In this document: positions 23,520-34,250 of the stretch, in pieces
Position numbering within the stretch: the first letter of the stretch is position 1
How the letters are laid out: every line of letters starts with the position of its first letter
Virus record (IMG/VR): IMGVR_UViG_3300046500_000231
Span: 74,070-113,003 of that record
Source of the DNA: a virus
Taxonomy: Duplodnaviria; Heunggongvirae; Uroviricota; Caudoviricetes
DNA: 38,934 nt
Reading direction: 5' to 3' (one strand)
Notes under the pieces: model-generated
Database searches by the model: none
The model's input: the letters and a program-made list of their open reading frames with translations, nothing else
Told to the model about the DNA's origin: nothing
Program-made: the position numbers and the translations under genes

Positions 23520-26500
23520 CAGTTCACCTTCAAAACCGTGCATTGCATCTGGCCTTCACCCATCACGCCGCCGCCGCCACCCGTGATCGTGAAGCCAATG
23601 TCGATGTATGTGCCGTCGCCAGCGTTGCCAATCATCGTGCACACCAGCCAGTTCGTGCCGTTCGAGATCGATGAACCCGTGACGATGATCGAGTGCGTGG
23701 CGAACGCAAAAGGCTCGCTCAGCCAGATGCGCAGTCGCCCGGTCGAGAGCCAGGTCGCCGAGCAGTTGTATGCCGCCTGCGGGCTGTTCGGCGTTGAGGA
23801 GTTACCGGACCAATGCGCGGACACGACCGCAGCATTGCGGTTGAGAATCTTCGGAATGCCGCTATCCATCTGTGCGGCAGTCGCGGTGATCAACCCCTTC
23901 GAGCGTCCGCTGCTTCCCATGACCATCCAGACGCCGCCCGTCGTGCCGTCATTCCACATTTCGGTGTAGGTGTCGTTGGTCGTGGTGTTACCTGTCTTCG
24001 TAGCGAAGATGGCCGAGGGCGTGATGAAGGACGTAGCCTGCCCGGCGCCCGGCCCAACCGTTACCGTGCTCGCTGAGTTGATACCGCCCGTGGTTGTGAG
24101 AGTCGTGAACTTGCCAGTGCTGGGTGTCGTCGCGCCGATAGCCGGAGGCGTAGCAAAGTTGAGGTTGCTCGAGTCCCAAGGCGTCGCACCGTTAAACGTC
24201 GGGCGAGCCGAGAAGGTCGAGGTGCCGGTCACGCTGATACCGCCGCTTGCAGTGAGCAACCCAGTCACGCCGAGCGTGCTGCCAAAGCTCGACGCGCCCG
24301 CGATCGCGCCACCGCCCACCGAGTCGATCGCCTGACGCCACGCCGAAGGCGTGCCGTTGTAGATCGCGCGCGTGTAGACCACGCCGGTGTTGTAGACCGT
24401 GTAGCGCTGATAGGTCATGCTCGAGGACGAATACACCTCGAGCATGCCACCGCTCGCCACCGGGTAGTTCGTGCCCGAGCTGGCGTTGGCGTTAGTCGGC
24501 TGGTGATACGTGCCGGTCGAGGTGATCGTGTTTAGATCGACCGAGCCGCCGAGCGGCGCGCGCTGTGGGATCGCGTTGGCGAGCACGAAGGCGGTCGTCG
24601 CGCTGTTCGTGCTGTTGTCATAGAGCGCGGCAGTGGGATGAACCGGCGTCTGCGTGAACGTGCCAACGCCGGTCGCGACGGCGAACGACAGCGGGTTGTC
24701 GATGAACGTGCCTGCCGAATCGAAACGGCTGATGTTGAAGTTGTTCGCCGTGCTCTTTTGCAGGCTCCAACGCGTGACGCCGTTCGACTGAAAGCGCACA
24801 TCGGCAAATCCGGTGCCGCTCGTGTCGTTCAGGTAGCTGATCGGGTTGGCGTAGCCCGTGACGGTCTGACCGCCGAACTTGGTCGAGCCGCTCACCTGCA
24901 AGCGATCGGTGCCGTTGTCGGTCGTCGTGCCCACAAGCAGGTTGCCGGCGCTCGTGATGCGCGCCTTCTCCGCGTTGTTCGCCATGAACAGCAGGTTGCC
25001 TGCCGTCGAGCCGACCATCGCGTCGTTGTAGGTCTGGAAGTAGCCCTTCGTCGCATCAGCCCACATCCATGCACCGCTCGACCCTGCCGGTTGCGCCGTG
25101 ATCGTGCCGATGCTCTTGACGTTGCCACCGACCTGCAGCGCGTTCGCGGCGTCGTCGACCGCCCCGCCTGCCGGGTTGATCGAGACGTTGCCGCTCTGGA
25201 AGACCTTCACGACGGTGGTGTTGAGCACCTTGAAGTTGATGCCGACCGTGCCGCTGGTCGGTGTCGTGCCCGCTTCATCGGTGGTCGCGTGAATATAGAT
25301 CGGCTTGGCCGCGGTCGCCGGCGAGTAGCCTACGATCTTGTGATCGTTCGGCGCGTTCGTGTCCAGACCCGTGTTCGAGCCAAGCGCGAGGTATTGCGTC
25401 GTGCTCGCGTTGCGGCGAATCGTCAGACCGTGGCCGGTCGCCGGGTTGTTGATCTGCACCTGCGACGAGCCATCATCGGTCGTGCCACCATACAGCGTGC
25501 GCCCGTTGAGGTAGTTCAGCGCGGAACCGCTCATGTAGAGGTTCCACTTGTTCGTGCCCGAGTTCATCAGGCCGCGATAGGCGATGTTGGTCGCCCCGGC
25601 GCTGCTATCGCTGACGTGGACGCCGGTGTAGGTCGTAACCGTCGCGCTCGCACCAACCGTGGGGTTCTGCGCGATGAAGCCGATCAAATTCGGCAGCGTG
25701 AACGCCGCGTCCTTGACCTTCGGCACAGACGAATACGCGTAAGCGGCGCCCGTGGAGGTTTCGTTGAACTCGGCGTTCATCTGCGCGCCGTAGTTCGTCG
25801 TGCCCGTGCCCACGTGCGTGCCGCGCATGTAGATCATCGCGTTAGCCGACAGGCTGCCGCCAAGCGACATATAGCCGTCGCCGTGGATGCCGACCATGTA
25901 GCTGCCGAAGGTGCCAAGTGCTGCCGTGGTGTCGTTCGAGAGCTGCCACGAGCCGTCGTTGTAGAGCATGCGACCGTCGCGCGCGCTCGTGCTGCGGTCG
26001 ATGAATTGGATGAGCGGCTGATACGCCTCGATCGACAGACCACCGGAGGTCGCGCTGCCCGCATCGATGATGCGCATGGTGGGCGCGTTATAGACCGGCG
26101 CTTGCGCGAGAGTTGCGCCCGACGGGTTCACCTGAATAGCGGATACGCCGTCGTCGTTGGCCGAGCCAAAGAGATAGCGGCCCTTGTTCAGATAGAACCG
26201 GCTCTGGATGGCCGCGCTCGAATCGCGCGAGAAAAGCGCGAGCATCATCGAGCCATCGGTGTTCGCGTAGCCGTGAATGTCCGCGCCGGTCGCACCCGCC
26301 AGCACGTCGCTCGTCGTCGAGCCCCAACGCCAGTTGATCGAGCCAACGTCGGTCTGTGCCGCCGGCGGGCTTGCCACCTTCAACGGCGTGTTCGTGATGA
26401 CCATGTAGGGCGAAAAGCCCGTTGCCGAGCTACGCGCGATGCCGATGCGATAGTTCGCGCCGAACGTGCGCTGATTCGTATCGACGTCCAGCGCATTGCC

Positions 26501-27919
26501 GACCCACAGGTCACCATTGACCGTATCGCCATCCTTTGACACCGGGTTGCCGATCGTCGCCGCCACGGCGTCCGCATGCGCGGCGGAAGCGGCCGCATTT
26601 GTCTCGCTGGTCTTGGCGTTGTTCTCGCTGGTCTTCGAGTTCGTCTCGGAGGTCTTCGAGTTCGTTTCGCTGGTCTTGCTATTTGTTTCCGAGGTCTTCG
26701 CTGCGTTTTGCGAGGCAAGCGCCGCCGCCGCCGACGAAGCGGCGTTCAGTTCGCTGGTGTGGGCATTTGCGGCGGAGGTCGCCGCCCCCGAGGCGGAACC
26801 TGCCGCAGCCGAGGCGCTGGCCGTCGCGTTCACCGCCTGGGTTTGGGCGTCCGCATCGTAGTCCTTCCAGCCGGTGCTGGTGTAGACGCGAAGGAGTTGC
26901 TTCGTGGTGTCGAAGTATTCCGCGCCCTGCACGAGCGGATTGCCGCTGTTGTCGACCGTCGGCGCCGTGGCCTTGTTGCCCAGATACAGCGCATTCATCG
27001 TCGTGAGAATGCCCTGCACCGTCGCGCGATCAGCCGCAGCCGACGAGGCCGAACCTGCCGCAGCCGTTGCGGAACCGGCCGCCGCTGTCTTGCTTGCAGC
27101 GGCGTTCGTCTCGCTCGTCTTCGAATTCGTCTCGCTGGTCTTGCTATTCGTTTCCGAGGTCTTCGCCGCATTCTGCGATGCGAGCGCCGCAGCAGCGGAA
27201 GCCGCCGCGTTCGTTTCCGAAGTGCCCGCATTGGTCTTCGAAGTCGCCGCCGCAGCGGCGGATGCAGCGCTATTGGTCTCGGACGTCTTTGCGGCATTTT
27301 GCGAAGCGAGCGCCGCTGCGGCGGATGCCGCGCTATTGGTCTCGCTGGTCTTCGAATTCGTCTCGCTGGTCTTGCTGTTGGTCTCGGACGTCTTCGCGTT
27401 AGTCGCGGAGGTCGCCGCCGCAGTCTTGCTCGACGCGGCGTTGGTCTCAGAGGTCTTGGAATTGGTCTCGCTGGTCTTGGCTGCCGTCTGCGAGGCGAGC
27501 GCCGCACTTTGCGAAGCCTGAGCAGCAGCCAGGTCGGCACGAATCTCGTTGACAGCATCCACCAAGCCTGACGGGCTCACCTGCGCCATCAAGTCCTGGA
27601 TCTTATACATGGTGTTCGTCCAGATTGCGGCCGTGCCGACGTCGCCCTGGCTGATAAGCGGCAGCATGTCGGGCATCGTGAAGTCGGTCACGAAGTTGCC
27701 GGTGGCGGCCGCGCTCGTTGCACCCTGGTAAGCGCCCGTGAGCAGCACCACCGTGTTCGCGCCATCAAAGGTCGCGTCAGCGGCGATCACGTAAGGCACG
27801 AGGTCCGGCGTGATCATGAAGATGTGGTTCTTCTTGATCCGGTAGGCGACGTTGTTGCCGATCACCGTAACCGTCTGACTGCCGTTCGTGACGGTGACTG
27901 TCTGCTTCAGTTGTGCCAT
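23519..27919 (-). CDS. Long tail fibre (receptor-binding protein)
   Basis: 1466 aa. stf-like SETNA/SK repeats, Gly/Thr-rich beta segments and a knob-like VDLNTITSTGTY...GGMLEVY segment. Confidence 0.9.
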   Translation of the reverse strand: MAQLKQTVTVTNGSQTVTVIGNNVAYRIKKNHIFMITPDLVPYVIAADATFDGANTVVLLTGAYQGATSAAATGNFVTDFTMPDMLPLISQGDVGTAAIWTNTMYKIQDLMAQVSPSGLVDAVNEIRADLAAAQASQSAALASQTAAKTSETNSKTSETNAASSKTAAATSATNAKTSETNSKTSETNSKTSETNSAASAAAALASQNAAKTSETNSAASAAAAATSKTNAGTSETNAAASAAAALASQNAAKTSETNSKTSETNSKTSETNAAASKTAAAGSATAAAGSASSAAADRATVQGILTTMNALYLGNKATAPTVDNSGNPLVQGAEYFDTTKQLLRVYTSTGWKDYDADAQTQAVNATASASAAAGSASGAATSAANAHTSELNAASSAAAALASQNAAKTSETNSKTSETNSKTSETNSKTSENNAKTSETNAAASAAHADAVAATIGNPVSKDGDTVNGDLWVGNALDVDTNQRTFGANYRIGIARSSATGFSPYMVITNTPLKVASPPAAQTDVGSINWRWGSTTSDVLAGATGADIHGYANTDGSMMLALFSRDSSAAIQSRFYLNKGRYLFGSANDDGVSAIQVNPSGATLAQAPVYNAPTMRIIDAGSATSGGLSIEAYQPLIQFIDRSTSARDGRMLYNDGSWQLSNDTTAALGTFGSYMVGIHGDGYMSLGGSLSANAMIYMRGTHVGTGTTNYGAQMNAEFNETSTGAAYAYSSVPKVKDAAFTLPNLIGFIAQNPTVGASATVTTYTGVHVSDSSAGATNIAYRGLMNSGTNKWNLYMSGSALNYLNGRTLYGGTTDDGSSQVQINNPATGHGLTIRRNASTTQYLALGSNTGLDTNAPNDHKIVGYSPATAAKPIYIHATTDEAGTTPTSGTVGINFKVLNTTVVKVFQSGNVSINPAGGAVDDAANALQVGGNVKSIGTITAQPAGSSGAWMWADATKGYFQTYNDAMVGSTAGNLLFMANNAEKARITSAGNLLVGTTTDNGTDRLQVSGSTKFGGQTVTGYANPISYLNDTSGTGFADVRFQSNGVTRWSLQKSTANNFNISRFDSAGTFIDNPLSFAVATGVGTFTQTPVHPTAALYDNSTNSATTAFVLANAIPQRAPLGGSVDLNTITSTGTYHQPTNANASSGTNYPVASGGMLEVYSSSSMTYQRYTVYNTGVVYTRAIYNGTPSAWRQAIDSVGGGAIAGASSFGSTLGVTGLLTASGGISVTGTSTFSARPTFNGATPWDSSNLNFATPPAIGATTPSTGKFTTLTTTGGINSASTVTVGPGAGQATSFITPSAIFATKTGNTTTNDTYTEMWNDGTTGGVWMVMGSSGRSKGLITATAAQMDSGIPKILNRNAAVVSAHWSGNSSTPNSPQAAYNCSATWLSTGRLRIWLSEPFAFATHSIIVTGSSISNGTNWLVCTMIGNAGDGTYIDIGFTITGGGGGVMGEGQMQCTVLKVN
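26580..27520 (-). repeat. Coding 7-aa repeats (xKTSETN / AAASAAAA) in the tail fibre, in two blocks
   Basis: Repeated GTCTCGCTGGTCTT-like 21-nt units at about 27040-27520 and 26580-26830. Confidence 0.85.
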
Positions 27920-27954
27920 GCGTGTGCTCGATTAAAAATCGTCCAGGTTGGCCG

Positions 27955-27984
27955 ATTATACAGTCAGAACTGACTGTTATCCAA
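27955..27984 (-). promoter_or_regulatory. Internal promoter with a perfect operator upstream of the tail fibre
   Basis: TTGGAT (27979-27984), 18 nt, TATAAT (27955-27960). AGTCA-GAAC-TGACT at 27962-27975. Confidence 0.7.
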
Positions 27985-27985
27985 C

Positions 27986-28177
27986 TCAATCGAGCTTCGG
28001 ATGCGCCGCCTTTACAGCCTTACATTTCTCGACCCAGGCGAGCGTTTCCGCAGGCAACGCCACGCCCTGTTCGATCAGCGCTGCGAAGCCCTTCATGATC
28101 GCGTCAAGCGCCTCGCCCATCGACGGATATTCGGCGGCGCGGCGCGGCGCAACATCGACTTTGTGGTGTAGTTTCAT
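27986..28177 (-). CDS. Small tail-associated hypothetical protein
   Basis: RRAAEYPSMGEALDAI motif; coupled to the upstream gene. Confidence 0.7.
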   Translation of the reverse strand: MKLHHKVDVAPRRAAEYPSMGEALDAIMKGFAALIEQGVALPAETLAWVEKCKAVKAAHPKLD

Positions 28178-28557
28178 GCTTGAGTCACCTCGAAAGTGGC
28201 ATCCAGATACGGGAACGCCGCAACCTTTACGGTGTAGGTGCCCGCGTGGGAAAAGGACAGCTCGCAGGTCGCGTCCGTGCAGGCGTGATCAGCGCCGTCG
28301 AGCGTGATCGTGCAGGGGTTCGGCAGGTTTTCGAGCGTCATGCCATTCAGCGTCGCAGGGCTCGCCGGGCGCGGCACGATTGCACCGCCCTTCACATAGT
28401 CGGTGTCCCAGTGCCCGTCGCCGATGACGAGACTGCCGCCGGCGGGCGGCGTCTGAATGTCGATCATCCAGCGCGGCATGCTGCCGGTGCTCAGAATGCG
28501 GCCGCTCGCATCGGCCGTCACGTAGGTGGTTTGTGTGGTGTCGGTGGTGTTGTTCAT
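28174..28557 (-). CDS. Tail-associated hypothetical protein
   Basis: ATG 28557 overlaps the J stop (ATGA). Confidence 0.7.
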   Translation of the reverse strand: MNNTTDTTQTTYVTADASGRILSTGSMPRWMIDIQTPPAGGSLVIGDGHWDTDYVKGGAIVPRPASPATLNGMTLENLPNPCTITLDGADHACTDATCELSFSHAGTYTVKVAAFPYLDATFEVTQA

Positions 28558-31500
28558 CGGAGGCATTCAAGAACAGTAAGAGTCATGACGGTGCCCGTGC
28601 CAGTCGAGCCCGAAATGGTGTGATTGCCCGCGCCCAGATAGCCGCACCAGGTCACCGCACCGCTACCGCTGCCACCGAAGTTGCCATCGATGTTGATATC
28701 GCAGTAGTCGGCGTTGGCGTTACCAATGATCAGGCAGATGCCGCCCCTGGACCCGTAGGTAAATTGCGCGAAGGTGGCGCTCGAGGTCGTCACCATCGTC
28801 GTCACGGCGTTACCGGCGATGCGCAGCGTGTCGATCTGGGCGGTGCCGATGTGGGCGGTCAGAATATTGGCCGACGCGATCTTGGCCGCCGTGATCTGCG
28901 CATCACCGATCTTGGCGTTGTCGATCGAGGCGTCGCCAATGAGCGCGTTGCTGATGATCACGCGCGGCGTGCCATAGACCGCACCGATGGTGAACGGGCG
29001 CACGCTCGAATAGCCCGGCAGCACCACCGAGAAGGTGTCGCTGCGCACAATGAATTCCGAGCGCGGCGCACCGTTGACGACTGTCGAGGCGAGGCCAAAC
29101 CCCGTCACGTAGCCGTTGTTGTCGACCTTGACCGTGTATTGCGCGCTCAGCCCATTGATCGAGCTTGTTTGCTGGCTAATGGTCGTGGTATGGCTGCCAA
29201 CGGTCGTCGTGAGGTTCGTGATCGACGTCGCGTTCGCCTGGTCGCCCGCAACCCGCGCGTTCGTCTCGGTCTGCACGTTCGCGTTGGTCGTGCCCAGCGA
29301 CGCGTTGACGCTATCAATGCGCGTCGAAAGCGCGCTGTCGGCCGCAGCAAGCGCGGTCTGCGCGGTGCTGATTGCCGCCATTGCCGGCTGCACCTGGTTC
29401 ATCGGGCGCCATTCGACGTCCGTGAAATACCAGCGGTTGTTTTCGTCGGTGCCGCTGATGCCGATGTTCGTCCACAGCGTCAACTGGTTCACGCCCGCGG
29501 GCACCGTCACCGAGCCGGAGATACGCGTCCAGGTGGTCGTCGCCGTCTGCGTGGCGGCAGCCAGATAGCTCACCGTGCCCGAGGGCGTGCTGAACTTCGC
29601 GCCGATCTTGAACGCGGCGGCCGCCACGGGCGAGGCGCAGTAGCACTCGAAGTAGTGCTGCTGGCCGGGCGACACGTCCACCGTGCGGCCCGAGAAGAAG
29701 TTGTCCTTCGTGTTCTGCTTGAACACGTTCAGCGACGGCGCGCCCGTGGGCACATCGCTTAGTGCCTTGGATACGACCGTCACCGCGCTCCAGCCCGTCG
29801 TGCCATTGTTCGCCACGGGATTTGCACACAGATTCGTCGCATCAAAGCCGAAGCTCGCGGCAACCGTGTTGATCTGTGTGGCAAGCGCGGAGTCGGCTGC
29901 GGTGCGGGCTGCCGCTTCGGTCTGCACGGCGGCGGTGTTATTGCCCGTGTTGGCCGAAACCGTGTCGATGCGGGTGGAGAGCGCATTGTCCGCGCTCGTG
30001 CGGGCGGTGGCCTCGCTCGTGATGGCCGCAGTGTTGGACGCGGTGCTCGCCACTACCGTGTCGATGCGAGTCGAGAGCGCCCCGTCTGCATTGGCGCGCG
30101 CCGTCTGTTCGGACTGAATCGCCGCGGCGTTGCCGCTGTTGCTCGCCACCACCGTATCGATGCGCGAGGACAGCGAGCCGTCGGCGGCCACGCGCGAGGT
30201 TTGCTCGGTCGTGATCGCCGCCGTGTTCGTGGCAATCGCTGTGTTGAGCACGTCCTTGGCGGTGTTGATGCGCTCGTTGACCGAACCGATGATCGAGGGC
30301 GGCGCGTCCACCAGGTTGATGCGCGTTTGCAGGCCCGGAATGAGCTGGCTGTCCTTGAGCACGCCGTCGGCGATCGCCGCGACGTCCATGTAGGTCGTGC
30401 GGGCGTGAAACTCCTGCGTCGGGATCGTCTCGTCCAGACCGAACGCGTCATACGGGACGATGGTGAAGTAATAGTCCGAGTTGAACATCAGGTTGGTGAG
30501 CAACACTGATGTGTCCGGGCCATCGTAGGCAGGCGTGGTCGAGATTTCGAGGTCGCCCGACCAGCGCAGGAAGATTTGCGCGCCCGCGTAGTCGGTGTCT
30601 TCGGTGTGGTTGAAGTTCACCTGCAGACGGTCAAACGACGAGCTCGTGGTGACCGCCGTCACCTGCGGCGGCGGGTTGTAGGCATCGAGCACCGCCGGGC
30701 TGCCGACATTGTTGAAAATGTCGCGCACGGCAATTTCGAAGGTCAGGCGCCGGTGCGTGCCGTCGGCGACGTTCTTCTCGTAGGTGTAGATATACGAGTT
30801 GTCGGTCGTGTGTTCGGTGCGCAGGAGCTTGCCGTCATGGTCCTTGACGCGCACCTCGTAGTCCTGGAAGTGGGCGTCGCGCGTGCCCGAGTCGGCGCCG
30901 TTGGGCTCGCTGCCGAATTCGAAGCTCGCGGTGGTGGCGTTGTAGTTCCAGAAAACCTTGCAGTCGCGCCCCGCCCAGATGAAGTCCGCGCCCGAGACGT
31001 CGGCGACCTGAATGTTGCCGACATAGCCCACTACCGTGTAGCTCATGGAGGGCGCGTTGTCATACGAGGCGCGCTTGCCCCAGAGGTCGTAGGCGACCAC
31101 TTTGACGACGAGCTTGTCGCCGGCGCTCGCGCCCGCAACCACGTAGCTCGTGGCCGCCTGCACGCTCTGGCGCAGGGTCATCGCCCCGCCATTGACCGAG
31201 ACGTAGACGTCCGCGCCCGCATACGAGCCCACCTGCGGGGTGTTCCACGCCGCGCGCACGTCCGAGAGGATCTGCGTGCCGGCGACGTAGGTTTCCTCAT
31301 ACACGGAGAGCGACTGCACCTGCGAGATCGCCGCGGCTTCGGCCGGCAGCGTCGGGGCGACGAGCGTGGAGGTGACGTCCGCGTAGCTGGAGAGGTCGTA
31401 GACCGCCGGGTTGTATTCGAGCGCGGTGATGTGGCGATTCAGGCTCGAAGTCGCAAGCGTGATCGACTTGATGCGAAACGGCTTCTTGACCTTGGTCGCT

Positions 31501-34250
31501 TCACCGAACATGTAGTTGGTGAACTGCTCGGGCGCGTAGCCGATCGCGTTCTTGAGCGTGATGGTGTCGCTGGTGCCCTCGACCGTCACCACGTCCGCAT
31601 CGGTCACCACGTCCGTGTCAAAGAGCGTGACCATCTGGCCGGCAGCAAAGCCCGTGATATCGTCGACGTAGACGCCATCGGGCACGATCGACAGAATCGC
31701 GGTCTCCTGCCCGCCGGCGGCGCGAATGCGGTTCACGCGCACGGCCGAATTGACGCCGCCTGCGATCTGCACGAAGTTGCCGATCACGCTTTGCACTACG
31801 GGCGTTGCGCGCACGACATAGTTCGTGAGCAGCAGCACCTTGTAGTTCGCGCCCGCGACCATCGTGACGGGCTTGTCGAGCTTGAGCACGCTTGCGGTGG
31901 AGCCCACTTCGAGACGTCCCGACTGCGCCCAGGCCGGCATGTCATGCTGCACCAGCACCACGTCGCCCGGCGTGCAGGCAATCGCCTCCACCGGCGCCTC
32001 GAAATCCACCGTCTGGGTGAGGTAGCGGTTCAGGTTGAGCTGGAACGCGCCTTCCTTGTAGGCGGTGGTGATGTTGTCCACGCCGTAGAGCGTGATAGCC
32101 GAGACGTTTTGCGCATTGCCCGCGAGCGCGAGCGTCGGGTCGGTGACCTTGACCGTGTGGGCGCGGTTGTTGTCCGTCTTGTCGTAATAGGTGACGTCGA
32201 TTTCGGTGGCGCGGTCCTTCTGCCCGAGCCACGTCATCTTGAACGTGTCCTTGATGATGTTGCCCATGCCGAACATCATCACGGGGTCCGCCGGCGCCTC
32301 GGTCGTCACGTAATAGCGCGTGCCGACCTGGATCACCTGAGCGTGGCCCACGCGCAGAATGAGCGCGGAGGCATCCCAGAAATTCATCACCTGATCGAGC
32401 GGGCCGTTCCAGGTGAGGCCAGCCGAGTCGCAATACGCCGCCCACGCATAGATCGAGTCCATGTCCAGGCGTGCGATATCGAGCCCCGCGCCGTAGATCG
32501 GGTTGGTGGCCGCGTCGAGCCAGATCCACGCCGGGTTGGTCGAGGGCAACTGCGCGGTCATGGTCGTGCCGTCGGTGCGGCTGTAGACCGTGATGAGCTT
32601 GCCGCCGTGCTGAAACGACACGCTCGGGATGCCCGAGAGCTGGTCGTCCATCTGCACCCGCAAGGCCAAAAGCGCCGTGTGGTTGTAGGCGACGCCATCG
32701 AAGGTGATTTCGTTCAGGTCCGCGAGAAAGGTGTCGGAGGCCGCGGAGTCGGACGTGTCAGTCGGAAAGGACGTGAGCACGCCGTTGCCCGACGGATCGT
32801 AGGTCTGGATCGCGTAGTTGACGTCGCGGCGCACCCGAATCTCGTATTTGCCGAGCGCGAGTTGCGGCGAGGCGAAGCTGCGGCGCACGGTGGAGCGCAG
32901 GTTGTCGGTGATGTGCAGCGCGGTCGCCGTGCCCGTGTGCTGCACGGTCAGCGAGACGGCGGTGGCATCGCTCATCGAAATTGAGCCCGGCCAGGCCGCG
33001 AGCGGCCGCCCCACGTAGCCGCCGTATTTGTTGTAGGCGTTCGACACATCGGTCGCATCGCCATTGGCACCCGTTTGCGCATCCGACACCGTGAGCCCGC
33101 CGATCACTTCCGTGCCGGTGTAGCCCTCGCGCGAAAACACGGTCGCGCCATTAACGATCGGATAGACGTTGACGGTCTTGTAGGTGCTGGTCGTGGTGGA
33201 GCCCATCGGAATCCAGTCACCGGTGCTGCCAAGCGGGCGGTAGTCCACGTCGAGCGAGACGGAGTTCGCCTTGAAGGCGCCCGATTTCTGATCGACCGTA
33301 TAGAGGCCTGCCGGACAGGTGAAGTCCAGACGGAACTGCTCGACGTCCGAGAGCGTGGAGACCGTGATGTAGTCGCCGTTGGAGGGAAGCTGGACGTTCT
33401 TGCTAACGGGGCTGATTACCTTGCTGAACCAGTCGATCGGCGCTTGCGTGGCGTAGCCCAGGCGCGTTTGCACCGTGACGTTGGCGAATTCGTTGATCGG
33501 ACGATCGTTCAGGCGCACGTCGGAGATCGAGGCAATCGGCCCCTCCCCGGCGTTGATCAACATGTAGAGGAACTGGTTGTTGCCGTTCAAGGCAGCATCC
33601 GAGCCACTCATGTTGTTCTCGGTATACATGCCGATGATGTTGCCGGCCGTGCGAAAGCCGTTGCCGTAGATCACCGGCACGGGCACGCCTTCAGCGCTCG
33701 TGTTCTTGGCCCCGTCCGCCCCGTAGGAGGCGGAATTGGACATGTCCGAGCCCGAATTGGTCGCAGTCGGCGGGGGCAGCAGCGCGTTGACGAGCAGCGA
33801 GCCCGCCACCGTCACGGCAACGGCCACCGCGCCCTGCACGATCGCAGCGCCCGTGGCAGCGGAGACGCCAAGCGTGGCGCCCATTGCTGCGCCGTAGGCG
33901 GCGGCTGCCGCACCTGCTGTCACCACCGAGGCGACCGCCACCGCGATCATGGCGACGATGCGGAAGATGCCCTTGCCGCCACCACCACGCGGGATCGGGC
34001 ACATCACCACGTAGTCGTCGGGCTGCAGGTAGGTCTTGGCGAGCTCAGCCGGCGCGATGATGCCGCCATTGACAGAGATGACGTGATCCTCCAGCGACAG
34101 CACCTTGGGCAGATACGCCGCGAGCGACTTGTTCTTGCGATAGGCCCACTGCTCGACCTCGACCGCGCGAAGCGGCTCAAACGGGTTGGTGACCCGGCGA
34201 GCGGTGACGAACTTCTTGGCGCGGGGCTTACGAGGCTTGGCAGTATTCAT
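28554..34250 (-). CDS. Tail tip / host-specificity protein J fused to an N-terminal lambda-I-like module
   Basis: Ubiquitin-like start ending PRGGGGKGIFRIVAMIAV, then VPVPVIYG, EGPIASI, NPAWIWLD, FN3-like domains and a DUF1983-like AQYTVKVDNNGYVTGFGL segment. ATG 34250 is preferred to 34292. Confidence 0.9.
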   Translation of the reverse strand: MNTAKPRKPRAKKFVTARRVTNPFEPLRAVEVEQWAYRKNKSLAAYLPKVLSLEDHVISVNGGIIAPAELAKTYLQPDDYVVMCPIPRGGGGKGIFRIVAMIAVAVASVVTAGAAAAAYGAAMGATLGVSAATGAAIVQGAVAVAVTVAGSLLVNALLPPPTATNSGSDMSNSASYGADGAKNTSAEGVPVPVIYGNGFRTAGNIIGMYTENNMSGSDAALNGNNQFLYMLINAGEGPIASISDVRLNDRPINEFANVTVQTRLGYATQAPIDWFSKVISPVSKNVQLPSNGDYITVSTLSDVEQFRLDFTCPAGLYTVDQKSGAFKANSVSLDVDYRPLGSTGDWIPMGSTTTSTYKTVNVYPIVNGATVFSREGYTGTEVIGGLTVSDAQTGANGDATDVSNAYNKYGGYVGRPLAAWPGSISMSDATAVSLTVQHTGTATALHITDNLRSTVRRSFASPQLALGKYEIRVRRDVNYAIQTYDPSGNGVLTSFPTDTSDSAASDTFLADLNEITFDGVAYNHTALLALRVQMDDQLSGIPSVSFQHGGKLITVYSRTDGTTMTAQLPSTNPAWIWLDAATNPIYGAGLDIARLDMDSIYAWAAYCDSAGLTWNGPLDQVMNFWDASALILRVGHAQVIQVGTRYYVTTEAPADPVMMFGMGNIIKDTFKMTWLGQKDRATEIDVTYYDKTDNNRAHTVKVTDPTLALAGNAQNVSAITLYGVDNITTAYKEGAFQLNLNRYLTQTVDFEAPVEAIACTPGDVVLVQHDMPAWAQSGRLEVGSTASVLKLDKPVTMVAGANYKVLLLTNYVVRATPVVQSVIGNFVQIAGGVNSAVRVNRIRAAGGQETAILSIVPDGVYVDDITGFAAGQMVTLFDTDVVTDADVVTVEGTSDTITLKNAIGYAPEQFTNYMFGEATKVKKPFRIKSITLATSSLNRHITALEYNPAVYDLSSYADVTSTLVAPTLPAEAAAISQVQSLSVYEETYVAGTQILSDVRAAWNTPQVGSYAGADVYVSVNGGAMTLRQSVQAATSYVVAGASAGDKLVVKVVAYDLWGKRASYDNAPSMSYTVVGYVGNIQVADVSGADFIWAGRDCKVFWNYNATTASFEFGSEPNGADSGTRDAHFQDYEVRVKDHDGKLLRTEHTTDNSYIYTYEKNVADGTHRRLTFEIAVRDIFNNVGSPAVLDAYNPPPQVTAVTTSSSFDRLQVNFNHTEDTDYAGAQIFLRWSGDLEISTTPAYDGPDTSVLLTNLMFNSDYYFTIVPYDAFGLDETIPTQEFHARTTYMDVAAIADGVLKDSQLIPGLQTRINLVDAPPSIIGSVNERINTAKDVLNTAIATNTAAITTEQTSRVAADGSLSSRIDTVVASNSGNAAAIQSEQTARANADGALSTRIDTVVASTASNTAAITSEATARTSADNALSTRIDTVSANTGNNTAAVQTEAAARTAADSALATQINTVAASFGFDATNLCANPVANNGTTGWSAVTVVSKALSDVPTGAPSLNVFKQNTKDNFFSGRTVDVSPGQQHYFECYCASPVAAAAFKIGAKFSTPSGTVSYLAAATQTATTTWTRISGSVTVPAGVNQLTLWTNIGISGTDENNRWYFTDVEWRPMNQVQPAMAAISTAQTALAAADSALSTRIDSVNASLGTTNANVQTETNARVAGDQANATSITNLTTTVGSHTTTISQQTSSINGLSAQYTVKVDNNGYVTGFGLASTVVNGAPRSEFIVRSDTFSVVLPGYSSVRPFTIGAVYGTPRVIISNALIGDASIDNAKIGDAQITAAKIASANILTAHIGTAQIDTLRIAGNAVTTMVTTSSATFAQFTYGSRGGICLIIGNANADYCDINIDGNFGGSGSGAVTWCGYLGAGNHTISGSTGTGTVMTLTVLECLR
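29853..30218 (-). repeat. Four 32-aa coiled-coil repeats in J
   Basis: AITTEQTSRVAADGSLSSRIDTVVASNSGNAA, then AIQSEQTARANADGALSTRIDTVV..., and so on. Confidence 0.85.

Noticed and set aside
23519-34250. Diversity-generating retroelement or invertible tail-fibre cassette
   Set aside because: No reverse transcriptase, template/variable repeat pair, invertase or duplicated fibre C-terminus is seen in the window.
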